Source: Phoronis australis (lineage: Eukaryota; Animalia; Phoronida). From it: 64,000 bases of DNA. The stretch covers positions 1,493,795 through 1,557,794 of the forward strand of contig NMRA01000034.1 of NCBI GenBank assembly GCA_002633005.1, given 5' to 3'. Under the pieces are notes generated by a model. That model made no database searches. It was not told where the DNA came from and saw only the letters and a program-made list of their open reading frames with translations. Below, in pieces: positions 11,830 to 23,500 of the stretch. The translations under genes were made by a program, and so were the position numbers. Position 1 is the first letter of the stretch; each line of letters opens with the position of its first letter.

Positions 11830-13310
11830 GGGTTTATCCCCAAAACAGTTAGATGGTCAGTGATTATACAGGTAAAATTACTTGTATTGCGTGCAACAAG
11901 GGATCGTCTTGTATTCATAGCATTTATAAATAAGACGTTGGCACATCATAGCATTTATAAATAAGACGTTGACACATCATAGCATTTATAAATAAGACGT
12001 TGACACATCATAGCATTTATAAATAAGACGTTGACACATCATAGCATTTATAAATAAGACGTTGACACATACTTAACATGGAATTAGCAGCCTCAAATTT
12101 ACATTCGAAATATGCTATCAAAATAACATTTTCATTTAAGTTTAAATCGTTATGAACAGTTATGAAAAGTAAGAGTTTCAGAATCTCGTACCACAAATTT
12201 TTCACAAAGTCACATTTCACAAACATATTTGATTAAATAGTTCCACAGCTCCATGACACGCACGTGTGTCCTCACTATTCTAATTAATCGCATCTTATTT
12301 AAAACATTTTTTTGTAAAAAATTCATTCTGTATGTACAATAATATTTGAACGTTATAACATCAGGAGGCAACGAGTTTTGTGTGGAAGAACGTAAATTTG
12401 ATAAATTTGTTGGATAAGTTTTTTTATTGCTACACAAATAAATGACAATACATTAAAATACAAATACTAAGCCCAGTAAGCGAACCATTATATCCAGGCT
12501 TTTAGCTAAAATTAAGCAAAACATAATATTGAGCAAAAATACCAAAAGTTTAGAGAACAAAAATCAAGAACAAAACCATACAGTAATAAAAGAGAACAAT
12601 GTTAACAAGAGAATGATTTACAAAAACATAAAATAAGGCTAAGTTAAAGATCGATCAAACTTATATCCGGAGGAAAACAAAATATTTCCAGAAAACAGTG
12701 GGGCTATTTAAGTTAACTGGAAAGAGTTTATACATTTCGACCTTGAAGGCTCCTGTTTCATCACCATTACACTTCCCTATGCTACATAATTAATGCAGTT
12801 TGAAAGTTTATTTCTTTCTTTCAGTTCTTCCCAGGTAAAGACTTTATTTTTAACATTCAAAGGGTCCTTCTCAAAAACGATGCCTGCCTCATACAAAGTA
12901 TTGAAGAGTACAGTACTCTCATCAATCAACATGTTTTTTGTTTTTGTTTTTGTTTTTCTGCACAATCAACATGTACTCATAGATATCAAGATTTGAAAGA
13001 GTCAACAAACTAGTCGCAATTTGATAAAATGACCAGACTACCCCAATATGTTTTAAAAACATAGTTTCGAAACACTTAAAAAACTTCATTGAGTCAATCC
13101 AAGCAACGTGTAACCCACTCTACTGATGGCTAGAACAGAATATTTACATCTGGAACACACAGAACACTATTTTCATTGGAGTTTAGAGCCACAGTTTTTA
13201 ATTTTGGGATTTTATCTGCCAAACGTTTATATTATAGTGTTTACTTTCGCTCTATTTGCCCGGTGCGCTATCCATCCCTACATTTACTCATTACACAAAT
13301 TATCTTAGAA
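11830..13310 (-). mobile_element. Decayed L1/Tx1-clade LINE ORF2 C-terminal region
   Basis: Broken minus-strand frames give ...LYEAGIVFEKDPL..FTWEELK..., FKYYCTYR...LNKMRLI and FVKCDFVKNLW...IYKC. These resemble the post-RT and zf-RVT region of Tx1/L1 elements; many stops and frameshifts. Confidence 0.6.
11916..12070. repeat. 31-bp minisatellite, 5 near-perfect copies
   Basis: Unit catagcatttataaataagacgttgacacat starting at 11916, 11947, 11978, 12009 and 12040. Confidence 0.95.
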
Positions 13311-14136
13311 AGCGCAAAACTACAATTATTCTGCCTAGCAAAGAAATATTGCTGCGTTTCTAGAATCAAGTAGTTTGCTCAAGGTACGTCACCAATTAGA
13401 AACATTGCTTGTCTCGATCACAGACATTTAAAATGAAAGCTGACAAGTTGACCTGTAGTACTGTGTTAGAATCTAAATCCAATGCATACTATTCCCGTGG
13501 CAAGTTACAGGCCGGGTGACTTCCGGCACACCTCTACACACCTCTATACACCCCTACACACCAGAAAATTCAGGAGCCCCAACTGGGCATCGAATCAAAG
13601 GTCTCTAGATTGCCGGTCAAGTGCTCTTGCTGTTTTATCTGAAGCATATATTTTCCTTGATGTTATCATTTTGATAAATACTTTATTAAACAAAAGTACG
13701 CGACCACATGTTATTCCGTAAATGGATTTCTAGGGACAAGAATAGATGGACTGTATATTACCGTGTAGATAGGGAATGGGCACTTTTTAATTAAAATCGG
13801 TTCCCAAATTTTGCCCCATGTGTTGAAAACTTCTGGTTACGCCAGTGGGTATGCTTCAAGCATATTGGAAAATAGGGAAAAGAGTAACCTTTCCTCCGAT
13901 ATTTCACAAAGAAAAATCACGTCACTCCAACCAACTTTTGTGATTTGCCGATAGAGGCCATTGGCGTCTCTTTGACATTTCCTCCCCTTGTGAGGTCGCG
14001 CGCACTGATGGGATCTTGTAAACGTCGATCAAGATAACAGTGTCGCTATAGAATGGGTTCATAATTAAATTTTTCCAAGACTGTGTATGATCAAACCCCT
14101 TCTTTCTCCCATTCCATTTCGGCAAAAGGATTTTGT

Positions 14137-14252
14137 AATTATTATTACTACTAGTATTATTATTATTATTACTATTACTATTGCTATTACTGTTATTATT
14201 ATTATCTTTATCCTTATCATTATTTTTATCATTGTTATTGTTATTGTTATTA
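14137..14252. repeat. Degenerate (ATT)n microsatellite
   Basis: Visible att/act/gtt trinucleotide run; explains the poly-Ile ORF 14087-14293. Confidence 0.9.
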
Positions 14253-14479
14253 TGGACTTAACGAGGACACATAAATATACAAAACTTGCTTAACAAGTGC
14301 TATTATACAGCATGATCCTCAAAATAATGAAATAAATAAGTAAAATAAATAAATAATATGAATTTGAATTAATTAAAACAGAAATAATTTAATATATTTA
14401 CAAGATTTTAGCTTAATACAAATAAAATGAAAGACATAAATTGAGAGAGGACAGCAACAGTAGCCAAATTAATCACTGA

Positions 14480-14660
14480 AGAATTTTATGAGTTTACGTT
14501 TGAAGCCACTGTAGCTGCACTGTTCCTGTATCACATCTGTCAACAAGGCGTTCCATTCTTGTGCAGCCTATATAAAAATGTAGATCCATAAAATGATGTA
14601 GTGTGCCTTGGTACAGCAAAATTATTGTGAGACGAGAATTTAACATATAATTTGGGAGTG
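14480..14660 (-). mobile_element. CR1/L2-type LINE 3' end remnant
   Basis: Minus strand reads NNFAVPRHTTSFYGSTF..., then (shifted frame) AAQEWNAL...FKRKL, typical of CR1/L2 ORF2 ends. Confidence 0.45.
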
Positions 14661-15070
14661 ATTAATTTATAAATTTTACCCATCCTTTTTCAGAGAAGAT
14701 GCGACATATTTACTCCGGAAACACCGGAGGGAGTATAATATCCTTGCCTCTAAGATAATTCCAAGACTAAAGTATGGAACTAATGAAAATTCCATAGAAA
14801 TGACCAACAGTACACGGGTCACAATCATGAAAATATCCCTTATCAGGATCGATTAAGTAATAAATGTATGCCTGATACTCTTCTGAAACAAGTCATTTCA
14901 AAATATAGGAATTTTATTCACATAGATTCTTGGATTACATGTATGTCACAGGTGGTGATGCACTGGGTTACCGACATTAGAGTGGACAATATTTTCGTGT
15001 TAGATATTGAATTTGGTCTGCTGGACAATACTCATACTCACAAAATAAAACTCATAGAACACCGGACTCA

Positions 15071-15470
15071 TCACGCCTCCTTGAAAAGAGAAGATGGTAC
15101 TGTAGATTGGCGGGAACCGTCGTCTGTTGCCTTCTCACGAGATCTTGTCTGGTTAACGACCTCACGTATACTCTCGTACCAAACAGACGACACTTTGAAG
15201 CGAGCTTCATCTTGCTTGAATTTGTTCAGCGAAGGATTTAGTGATTTAATTAACATAGCCTCCTGAACACCTCTCTGAAACCAGTTTTTCTTCCCGTGCA
15301 GGATATTGGCATTGCCATTCTTAAATTCGTGGCCTGTGTCCTGGAGGGGCTTAAACACAGCGGACGACATACCCTCACCAGAAGCCTTTTCAGCTATGTT
15401 GCACCATGCGATGGAAATCGGGTTTATAGCGTCTTTAAAGGAACAATAAACTCGCGCCTTGTGCCAAAAA
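15071..15470 (-). mobile_element. Penelope-like retroelement GIY-YIG endonuclease fragment (pseudogenised)
   Basis: HRMVQH / SSAVFKPLQDTGHEF...ILHGKKNWFQRGVQEAMLIKSLNPSLN matches the C-terminal half of the Penelope GIY-YIG domain; frameshift upstream. Confidence 0.75.
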
Positions 15471-15709
15471 ACTTTTGTTTTAGGCCACTCAGTTTCTGTT
15501 ATGAAATCGGTCTAATTTTATTTTTTACTCATATTAGAAATGATATTTAGCTTGAGAAGAAATTAAGTTGCTTGTCACGAGTTAGCTGTAATCGCCAAGA
15601 CAATACGGTCGTCAGAGGAGGTTCATGGGAAATTTGAGCTAGCTTCCCCAGACCGTCAAAATTTCTTCTCCCCCCTCGCTGCAATTTCCCATGGTAGTCA
15701 CAGTTTTAA

Positions 15710-15732
15710 ACACACACGCACACGCACACGCA

Positions 15733-15779
<47 letters not shown>
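15710..15779. repeat. (CA)n microsatellite with cacg variants
   Basis: Directly visible. Confidence 0.95.
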
Positions 15780-15780
<1 letters not shown>

Positions 15781-16585
15781 AAACATTGGTCATATTACAT
15801 TTCACCGTATCCCTTCCGGTTACGACAATTTTCACTTAAAGGGCCTTTGTTTATGTGAGGCGCTAAGTTTAGTTGTAAGTTGTAACAACAGAGTATCGCT
15901 CATAGCTGCTTTAATATTGAAAGTTGTTGAATTCAACAAAAGAAAAACTTTCCAGTCACAAAATTTTGTATGCATTCTAGATTTTAATTATTTTGAAAAG
16001 AATACGAAATTCACTGCAAACTGACTTGTATGGTTTAAACTTTGTGGAAATATTGTTGCACTTGAAGTCTTACTGGCAAGTTTTGTGCAAATCAAGTGTA
16101 CAGTGTATGTGATAACAGTTGAAGGCAACGTGAATGGTTCGTGCATTATATTGCGTGTTAGTCTCGCTTACGTGTGTTCCAGCCAGAGTACGACTGTATT
16201 CACGATCTCCCCTCTGAATATTCAAACACAATTTGTACGTACGTCATCTTCATCATGTGTAACAATGAAACGTGAATTTTAGTGTAACTTTCTATCTCCT
16301 TTCTCTCTCTTACCCATTTTCAACTAGTCTAGGAAACGTAGAGATTTGTTCGTTTTAAATAAACATGGAATTTTATCCCAAGCTATTTTACTAATACTAT
16401 GGATAAAAACCAACACCTTAAGTTGAACTGACAACTCATTTACGGTGAAATAAAATATACTTCAACAAACTTCATATCATAATATAACTTAGCAACAATC
16501 ATCGATGTTGTTTTTATACTGAAGGTAGTAGTTATAATCACGACATTTATGTCCATTTGTTCAATCCCATAACTATGCACACCTG

Positions 16586-17513
16586 TTAATTGGCATGCAC
16601 TCTCATGTGTCTGTTCAGATTTCCCGATTGCGAGAACCTCAGTAAACAAATTTTGCACTGATACGGTTTTTCGCCCGAGTGAATTCTTAAATGCTTCGTC
16701 AAGGTTGAGCTGTCACTAAAAGCCTTTTTGCACATACGACAGCGATAAGGACGCTCGCCAGAATGCGTGCGCATATGTGTGGTGACAGAAGAACTCTGAG
16801 AAAACCGCCTGTCGCATATAGGGCAGTTGAACGGCTTTTCGCCGCTGTGAGTGCGCAGATGCGCCGTCAAGTTAGCAGCTTGAGAAAAAGACTTGCTGCA
16901 CGAAGAGCACCGATAAGGCTTCTCGCCGGAGTGAGTGCGCATGTGCGTTTTCAAAGTACTTGGTCTGGCATAGTTCTTGCCACAAATTCTGCAAATGTTC
17001 AATTTCGACAACTCGTTCATGTTTGAATGACCACTCCGCGCTCCGTGGATGAATTTAATACCCTTATTCACCACATGATTCCTAGAATACAACTTTGAAA
17101 AATCCGAGACGTAGTGGTCTGGTTTTGTGGCGTGCACGTCCGGTGGAAAGTAATACGAATCTCGTGAATACGGAGCGGCCGTATTCAAACTGCCGTAGAA
17201 ATATCCATCGTCAGGGGCCTGTGGAGCGGTATAGTATGCCGGTTCGTAATGCTGAGGGTGTTGATGAGGTGACCACGGCGGCTGGTGAACCGTGTGGGTC
17301 GCTTGGGGTACGCCGACGTTCATGCTCATCGACACGTTTACACTGAAGAGACTGGAGCCGTGTACGTCGTGTTCAGGGTAAGGTGGACTAGAATAGTGTC
17401 CTTGATAGTATGGCTGAGGGCCCTGTTGCAGTGGCGACATCTGGGGGTGAACAATAGCGTGTTTCAGCGATAACAGGGCATCGGCGACGTCCTGTGGATT
17501 CTTATCTTTTTCT
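16586..17513 (-). CDS. glass: glass main exon ([27 protein letters not shown]... five zinc fingers ...RVHAN*)
   Basis: The open frame extends 24 codons upstream of the ORF-track ATG (17440) to the acceptor tcttacttttcag; Pro/Tyr/His-rich region followed by the fingers. Confidence 0.95.
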
Positions 17514-20500
17514 CTGAAAAGTAAGATGCATACAATTTCAAAAATTGTGTGAGTATTTCTCTATTTGAGGAAGACGCGAAAAGGTCATGATACACCAAGG
17601 CACTGACTGAACATTTTGTTAGCGGTTGATTATCTCACTTTACCTAAAATTCGGTTTAAACACACGAATACTGAGTAGGTCTACTATTCTGTAACCAGAA
17701 ATTCAAAAAGCCGCTTGGATTTTTAAGTCCACAGGATCAGCGACTGCTGTCATGCAAGATGGTGAAGTTAAATAGGACATTTCTCCATGTATAGCTGATT
17801 AAAAACGGAACTCGACTTGCGCCCTTTGCTCTCGCTAAAATAGGTCCCGTCATATTCTTTACCGCGATAGGATTCCTTAATCGTTACCAACTCAAGACTA
17901 ACAAAATACGGTCATGCGCTATTGTAAAATTCGTAATTTTAGGCTTGACCAGACCCTAATCAAGTCTGAAGCGTTTTTTTTTTCGAGTCCATATTCTTGA
18001 TCGTAACGGAACACCATGACCCTCACTACTTTATGAGAGTAAAAGACTTAATTCGATTTTCGTTTTTGCAAATTAAATATAGCGAAATGCGTCTTCAAAC
18101 ACTGTGTACACGACAGTGTACTTCACTGGTTTGGATTACGTGCTTTCATTAGTTCCTGTGTTGCCTGTCAGGCCCTGTCACATCCAATGTAAACTTGTTT
18201 ACATAATGTCCAAGCACGTCTAATGCGCTGTCACTTTATGACCAACTGGCTCAGTTTGTGCAAACGTGCGCCTTTTTACTGTAATTTCTATTTTGCCGTT
18301 ACTTTGAATTCATTATTATTCGTTGTCCTCTCCTCTATCCGTACTTCACGGATTTTTTCGAGATTTTTTGACGCATGAAGAATTTTGCAATTAGTAAGGT
18401 TTAGGTTCGTTTCTTGTTGCAATAACTGAGTGGGGACGGGCGGAACCGATAACTGTGGCTACAAACATGCTTCGAATGTTACTCCTCCGTTGTTCCTTAA
18501 CCAGATTGTACAACCATTAGTTGGTTACTCGGGGGTACTAGGCTCTAATGTAGACGGGGTGCAGCTTGCTTGAAAACGTCACCCTTTGTAGGGAGACTTC
18601 GAAAGTCAGATGTCAACTCCTTCAGCGCGTAACAGTACAAGAAGAGATGCATTGTTGTTAACATTCAACCTATTGCATTGAACTTCCAAATTGAACCCTT
18701 TTGTAGATATTTTTTCTGAAAATAACATTTGTGGGAGGAAATTTTGAGAGAAGAAACGTCTCCCTTTTATAGGAAAATTGATGGTGAAGACGCCCCCCCC
18801 CCCTTTTATGAGCACGTCCTGTGTACCTGTTCTGCGAGAGCACCGTACACCCAAGTCGATTCACACTCGGTTTTTGTGTCGTTTTCCAGATCTTACTGGG
18901 AACTTCTCTGGTTGACAGGGCGCTATTTATACCTTCTGTCACAGGGCTGCTTTTATGGTACTGGAAAAGAGTGTGGTCCTGTCCCTCTCATGTTTTACCC
19001 AAAATGCTACTGTTATCGCGAACTCTTTCACAACTGGCGGAAAGTCTCAAAACTCGTTTTAATCGTCACGATGTGTCGTGAATGTGTCTCTGACGATAAG
19101 CTTTGCTCACAACTGATGGTGTTTTCCATGTTATTATTAGTTTAAAATAACCAGAATGCTTTTTAAAGAGGTTTGAAACGCTAGGAGGTAGAAGTGAAAT
19201 CAAACTAAAATTGCTCTAATGCAAATAAAATTGAAGTATTTATGCACAAGTAATTGCCTCGTCTTGCAAGACGTAAACTTTAAATTATCAAAGCCACGGA
19301 GATTCAAAGTAGTTTTGCAAATGAATACAGCGATGACAAATACTTTCTGGAGAGAACTGTCCAATATGAAAAATTTCCCGAGTATCCGGGATCTAGCTAA
19401 GTAGGGTGTGGGAGATCCTGGGCTCGATTTCGTAGGCCGGGACAGTCGATTTTTTTGCGACTGGCACAAAAAGCCCATACGATTTGTAAGTACTTTTCAA
19501 AAATATTTTTCGTCACTAGAAGTTTTAAACAATATTACGTAATCAAAATGATTTTATTCTCAAATGCCACGTTAATCACTGTCAGTTCCATTGTCGTGAC
19601 TATTAATTAAAGCTAAATCTCAAACAATACACTGGGGTGACAACAAGTTGTTTGAATTTACTAATGATAGTTAAACTAAATCGAATTTACATAAGAGAGA
19701 ATCTTTGTCTGAATGCTATTGAATCTTCGGAAATTATCTTGGATAAATATTGCTAATTGGGTTCCACTTGAATGTACTGTGAGTAGAGCGGAATAGCAGC
19801 TGATGACTTTATCTAGCTTGAACTAATGATAACAGCTGGCTGGTGGCTGTATCTAGCTTGAACTAGTGATAACAGCTGATGGCTGTATCTAGCTTGAACT
19901 AGTGATAACAGCTGATGGCTGTAGCTAGCTTGAACTAATGATAGCAGCTGATGGCTGTAGCTAGCTTGAACTAGTGATAACAGCTGAAGAATTCATATAA
20001 CTTGGACTAATGATGATTGTATCTAGCTTGAGCTAATGATAACAGCTGATGGCTGGACCTAGCTTGGTCTAGTGATAACAGCTGTTGACTGGGTATAGCC
20101 TGGACTAAAGATAGCAGTTGATGGCTGGACCTAGCTTGGTCTAGTGATAACAGCTGTTGACTGGGTATAGCCTGGACTAAAGGTAGCAGCTGATGGCTGG
20201 ACCTAGCTTGGACTAGTGATAACAGCTGATGACTGGGTATAGCCTGGACTAATGATAGCAGCTGATGGCTGAATCAGGCTTGGACTAATAGTAGCAGCTG
20301 ATGCCATGGATCTACCCTGGATCTATGGTAGCTGTTTACGAGTGGATCTAGTTAGCTTGGACTAATCTGAATAGTCATTGGCCACATTTTTACACAATCA
20401 ATTTAATGTCGTCCAAATTTCCAGCTACTTTTCTGCAATAAAGCTTTTAAACCTTTGCCTAACGTGCATCACGTGACCAGAAACTGCTGCTCGGATTCAC

Positions 20501-23500
20501 ATGAAACTTTCTGATACTGTGTCTGCAAAGCCGTGTTAGGGATTGTTTGTAAAATGTTCCCCATATGAATGAAAGTTGTCAAAAATAGAACTTTTGTCCA
20601 TTATATGAAAATATTAAAAGCTGCATGAAATGAAAATGAAGTGATAATCCAGAAAACAGTCGATAATTACAAATCAAATTTTACTGACTTTCTGCTTTCA
20701 GAAAATATACTGTGTTAAAATCTATAGTTTATAAATATTAGGCAAAATACACACATTTGTCGGTAAGGTCCTACATAACCTTAAAAGATTGGAGAAAAAG
20801 TTAATGACCCGTAAACAAACTTGCTGCATCTACCTTTACGACAAGTAAATTTTGAGCGGTAAATTTCAATCATACTACTCGTTGCTGATGGCGAGAATTT
20901 AAAGAATAGCTTGTAATAAGTTGTGGTTATAAAGCACTTTCCAAGTGGAGCATAACTCCAAGGTTATTCATAGAGGACTTCAATTTAGTCTCCGCGCTCC
21001 TCTTACCTAAAATCATGTCAACGCTTCTCTCTACTAAAAGGCAGTCAACACCTGGGCGAAGCTGGCACAAGTGAGAGCCGTTAATCAGTTATCCTAATAT
21101 ACCCGAGTAAAAGTACGGTTCGCGTACAGGTGGAGCGCCTGTCTTAATACTTTCCGTCTAATGGCGCAAAGACTTTTGGCATACATTGTTAAATCCTCCG
21201 GCTTGCTTCCGAAAGCTAACGTTTGAATTGCATAGGAAACTCATAGAAAATATCCGTGTTGTTTAAATTTTGAGCCCTGTTCAAACACCTATAATTGCTG
21301 GACAAACAAGTGAGCGTATTACGTCAGGGTTTTGCGGAGATCTCGAGTGTCAATTGTTTAGAGGTGGCTATTGTGAGCCAGTCCCGCCACACAGTGGCAG
21401 TGTTTACCGAACTGTGCAGAGAGCGTCAACAAACGAAATAGTTAAAATTGGATTTGATATAATAAAGTTTACTCAACCAAATTCTTATATACAACTGTCC
21501 GTTTATGATACTGTGTTACAAAAGCCAAGACAGTTTATAAATTTTAAGTCGAAAGGATTATTGTTAAAAGGTATTGATTTTTTCGATACTTTTACCGGTG
21601 AATGGAGAGTATACTTCGGTTAAATATTTGACACCTCACTCGAGTGGATGACAGCAGTTAAAATATTTTTGTAATTATTTACACCTGGCTTTAAAGATCT
21701 ACCTGACCATTGTCTGACTACAGACTGACAACTAGCCAAAGACCAAGCTGTAGCAATATGTATTAGGACAGGCGAGAGTAATCATGTGCTGTGAATACTA
21801 AGCTGTGTCTCAAAGAAAGTCCCTATTACAATTCCTGTAAATGAGATTATTGTTATGGTTAGAATTATCGGCTTCCATCTTTCCTTACCTAGATTTAGCA
21901 ATACGATGTGTTCTTTTTGATTTCACTAAGATCCAGTTACCAATTTTGGGCGATTTTCAAAGTTCATCCGACACCTATTGCTATTTAAAACTCACTAATT
22001 TTCTCACAAGAGCGGTTATTACAAGAAACTGTGAACGAACTCATATTTACTTAATTACAGTCCACAATAACCGGAAGAAATTGTCCTAGTATCGAAGATA
22101 TTAATCGGAGCATACATCTGGCAACTCTTTGTTTTTGGAATATGGCAAAATAAAAAACAAAATGCTACATCGATACTCTTGGAAAACCTAATTATATGCT
22201 GTTTGTCAATAATAAAAATGCACAGAGTACCTAATATTGCACTTTAAAAATAAGATTTTTATATTAAGACATCAAAAATTCAACTACATATTCATTTGTT
22301 TGGTGTAGCGTAGACGTTTTTTCTTATTCTCCAACAATGGCTTGATTTCGTTCCCAATCCCAGCCAACAAAGATGAATCGCATTGTCTACGAGTTCACGT
22401 ACTCAGTGTCTTATGAATCACGGAAATCTGTAAGTTAACGTTTTAGCTTCGTTATGAACACACACGTATCGAGTGCTGGATAACGTACCCGACTTGTCCG
22501 CTAATTGTGTGCTTTAAAGCCATCTCTCATTGTGTTTAGTTGTCCTTATAGCTATCAGTATACTTCCTATGTTTGCCTTCATGAAGACATATAAGACCCG
22601 AGTAACACTGGGTACGCTCATGTTAAAGACAATCTTAACATTTTAAAATAAATGCAATAAGTTCTCCTCAATATCATTAAGTGGAGGTGAAGTGACATAG
22701 AAACACCATTATTAAATACAGAACTCGGTAAATTCACGTGTCGGTTCAGTCACCTTATCATCGGAATGTCTTTTTAGAGTCCAATTCAGCTCCATCTTTG
22801 AAAAACATTGTCTCATTGGTTTGTTTGCGGCGAGTTAGTGTTCCTTATTACAAATGATGAACCATGGACCAGATGCAGTCCATTGTTTTAACGGAAGGGC
22901 ATTATTCTAGTTTGAAATTTGCTACATTAATAATACATCCAAACTATGGTCATTGAATCTTACAAAATGTTACATGGCAAATCCCTTAAATATCTCAATG
23001 AACTAATCCAACAGAGGAAAGATGAATATTCTTTTCTTTACGTGAATATGCTTGGTGTATCCAAAATCAGAACAGACAAATACAGAAAAGCGCCATTTCA
23101 TTTTATTGCGGCCCATGTCTGAACAGTTTTCACAGTTCTACCGTACCGGAGTCGCTGAATATTTCACTTCAGAGATTGGAGCACAACGTAAATGTATATC
23201 CCTTGTAGATATTCTTCACTGTTGTATTTATCTTCACTGTTGTATGTATCTCTTTTCTGAATATCTACTCACATATATGTTATTTTCAAACTATTTTTAT
23301 CTCTCTCTGCACAATATATTATTTATCTCCCTATCTCTACACTATAAAATATTTATCTCTCTATCTCGACTCTATGTAACAGTTTATCTCACTATCTCTA
23401 CACTGTTTAATATTTATCTCGCTATCTCTACTCTATGTAATAGTTTATCTCACTATTTCTACACTATACAATATTTGATTTTGCTTGCCATTTTTAACTC

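Noticed and set aside
14960-15080. Hammerhead ribozyme next to the Penelope fragment
   Set aside because: Only a partial tgatgag...cgaaa core on the minus strand; I could not build the required helices. An Infernal search would settle it.
16547-16588. Stop-codon readthrough extension of glass
   Set aside because: The stop is TAA and readthrough would add only about 12 unremarkable residues; there is no supporting evidence.
16763-17473. Plus-strand ORFs antisense to glass
   Set aside because: Shadow ORFs of the GC-richer coding exon with no recognisable domain.
19797-20365. 36-bp repeats as a CRISPR array or a coding repeat exon
   Set aside because: Units are head-to-tail with no unique spacers, the context is eukaryotic and there are no cas genes. 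The one mostly open minus frame ([12 protein letters not shown]) is broken by stops and indels.
21270-21623. 117-aa ORF in the glass intron (also 36660-36905, 44140-44583, 29408-29625)
   Set aside because: Mostly non-ATG starts, no recognisable motifs and no convincing phase-compatible splice sites.
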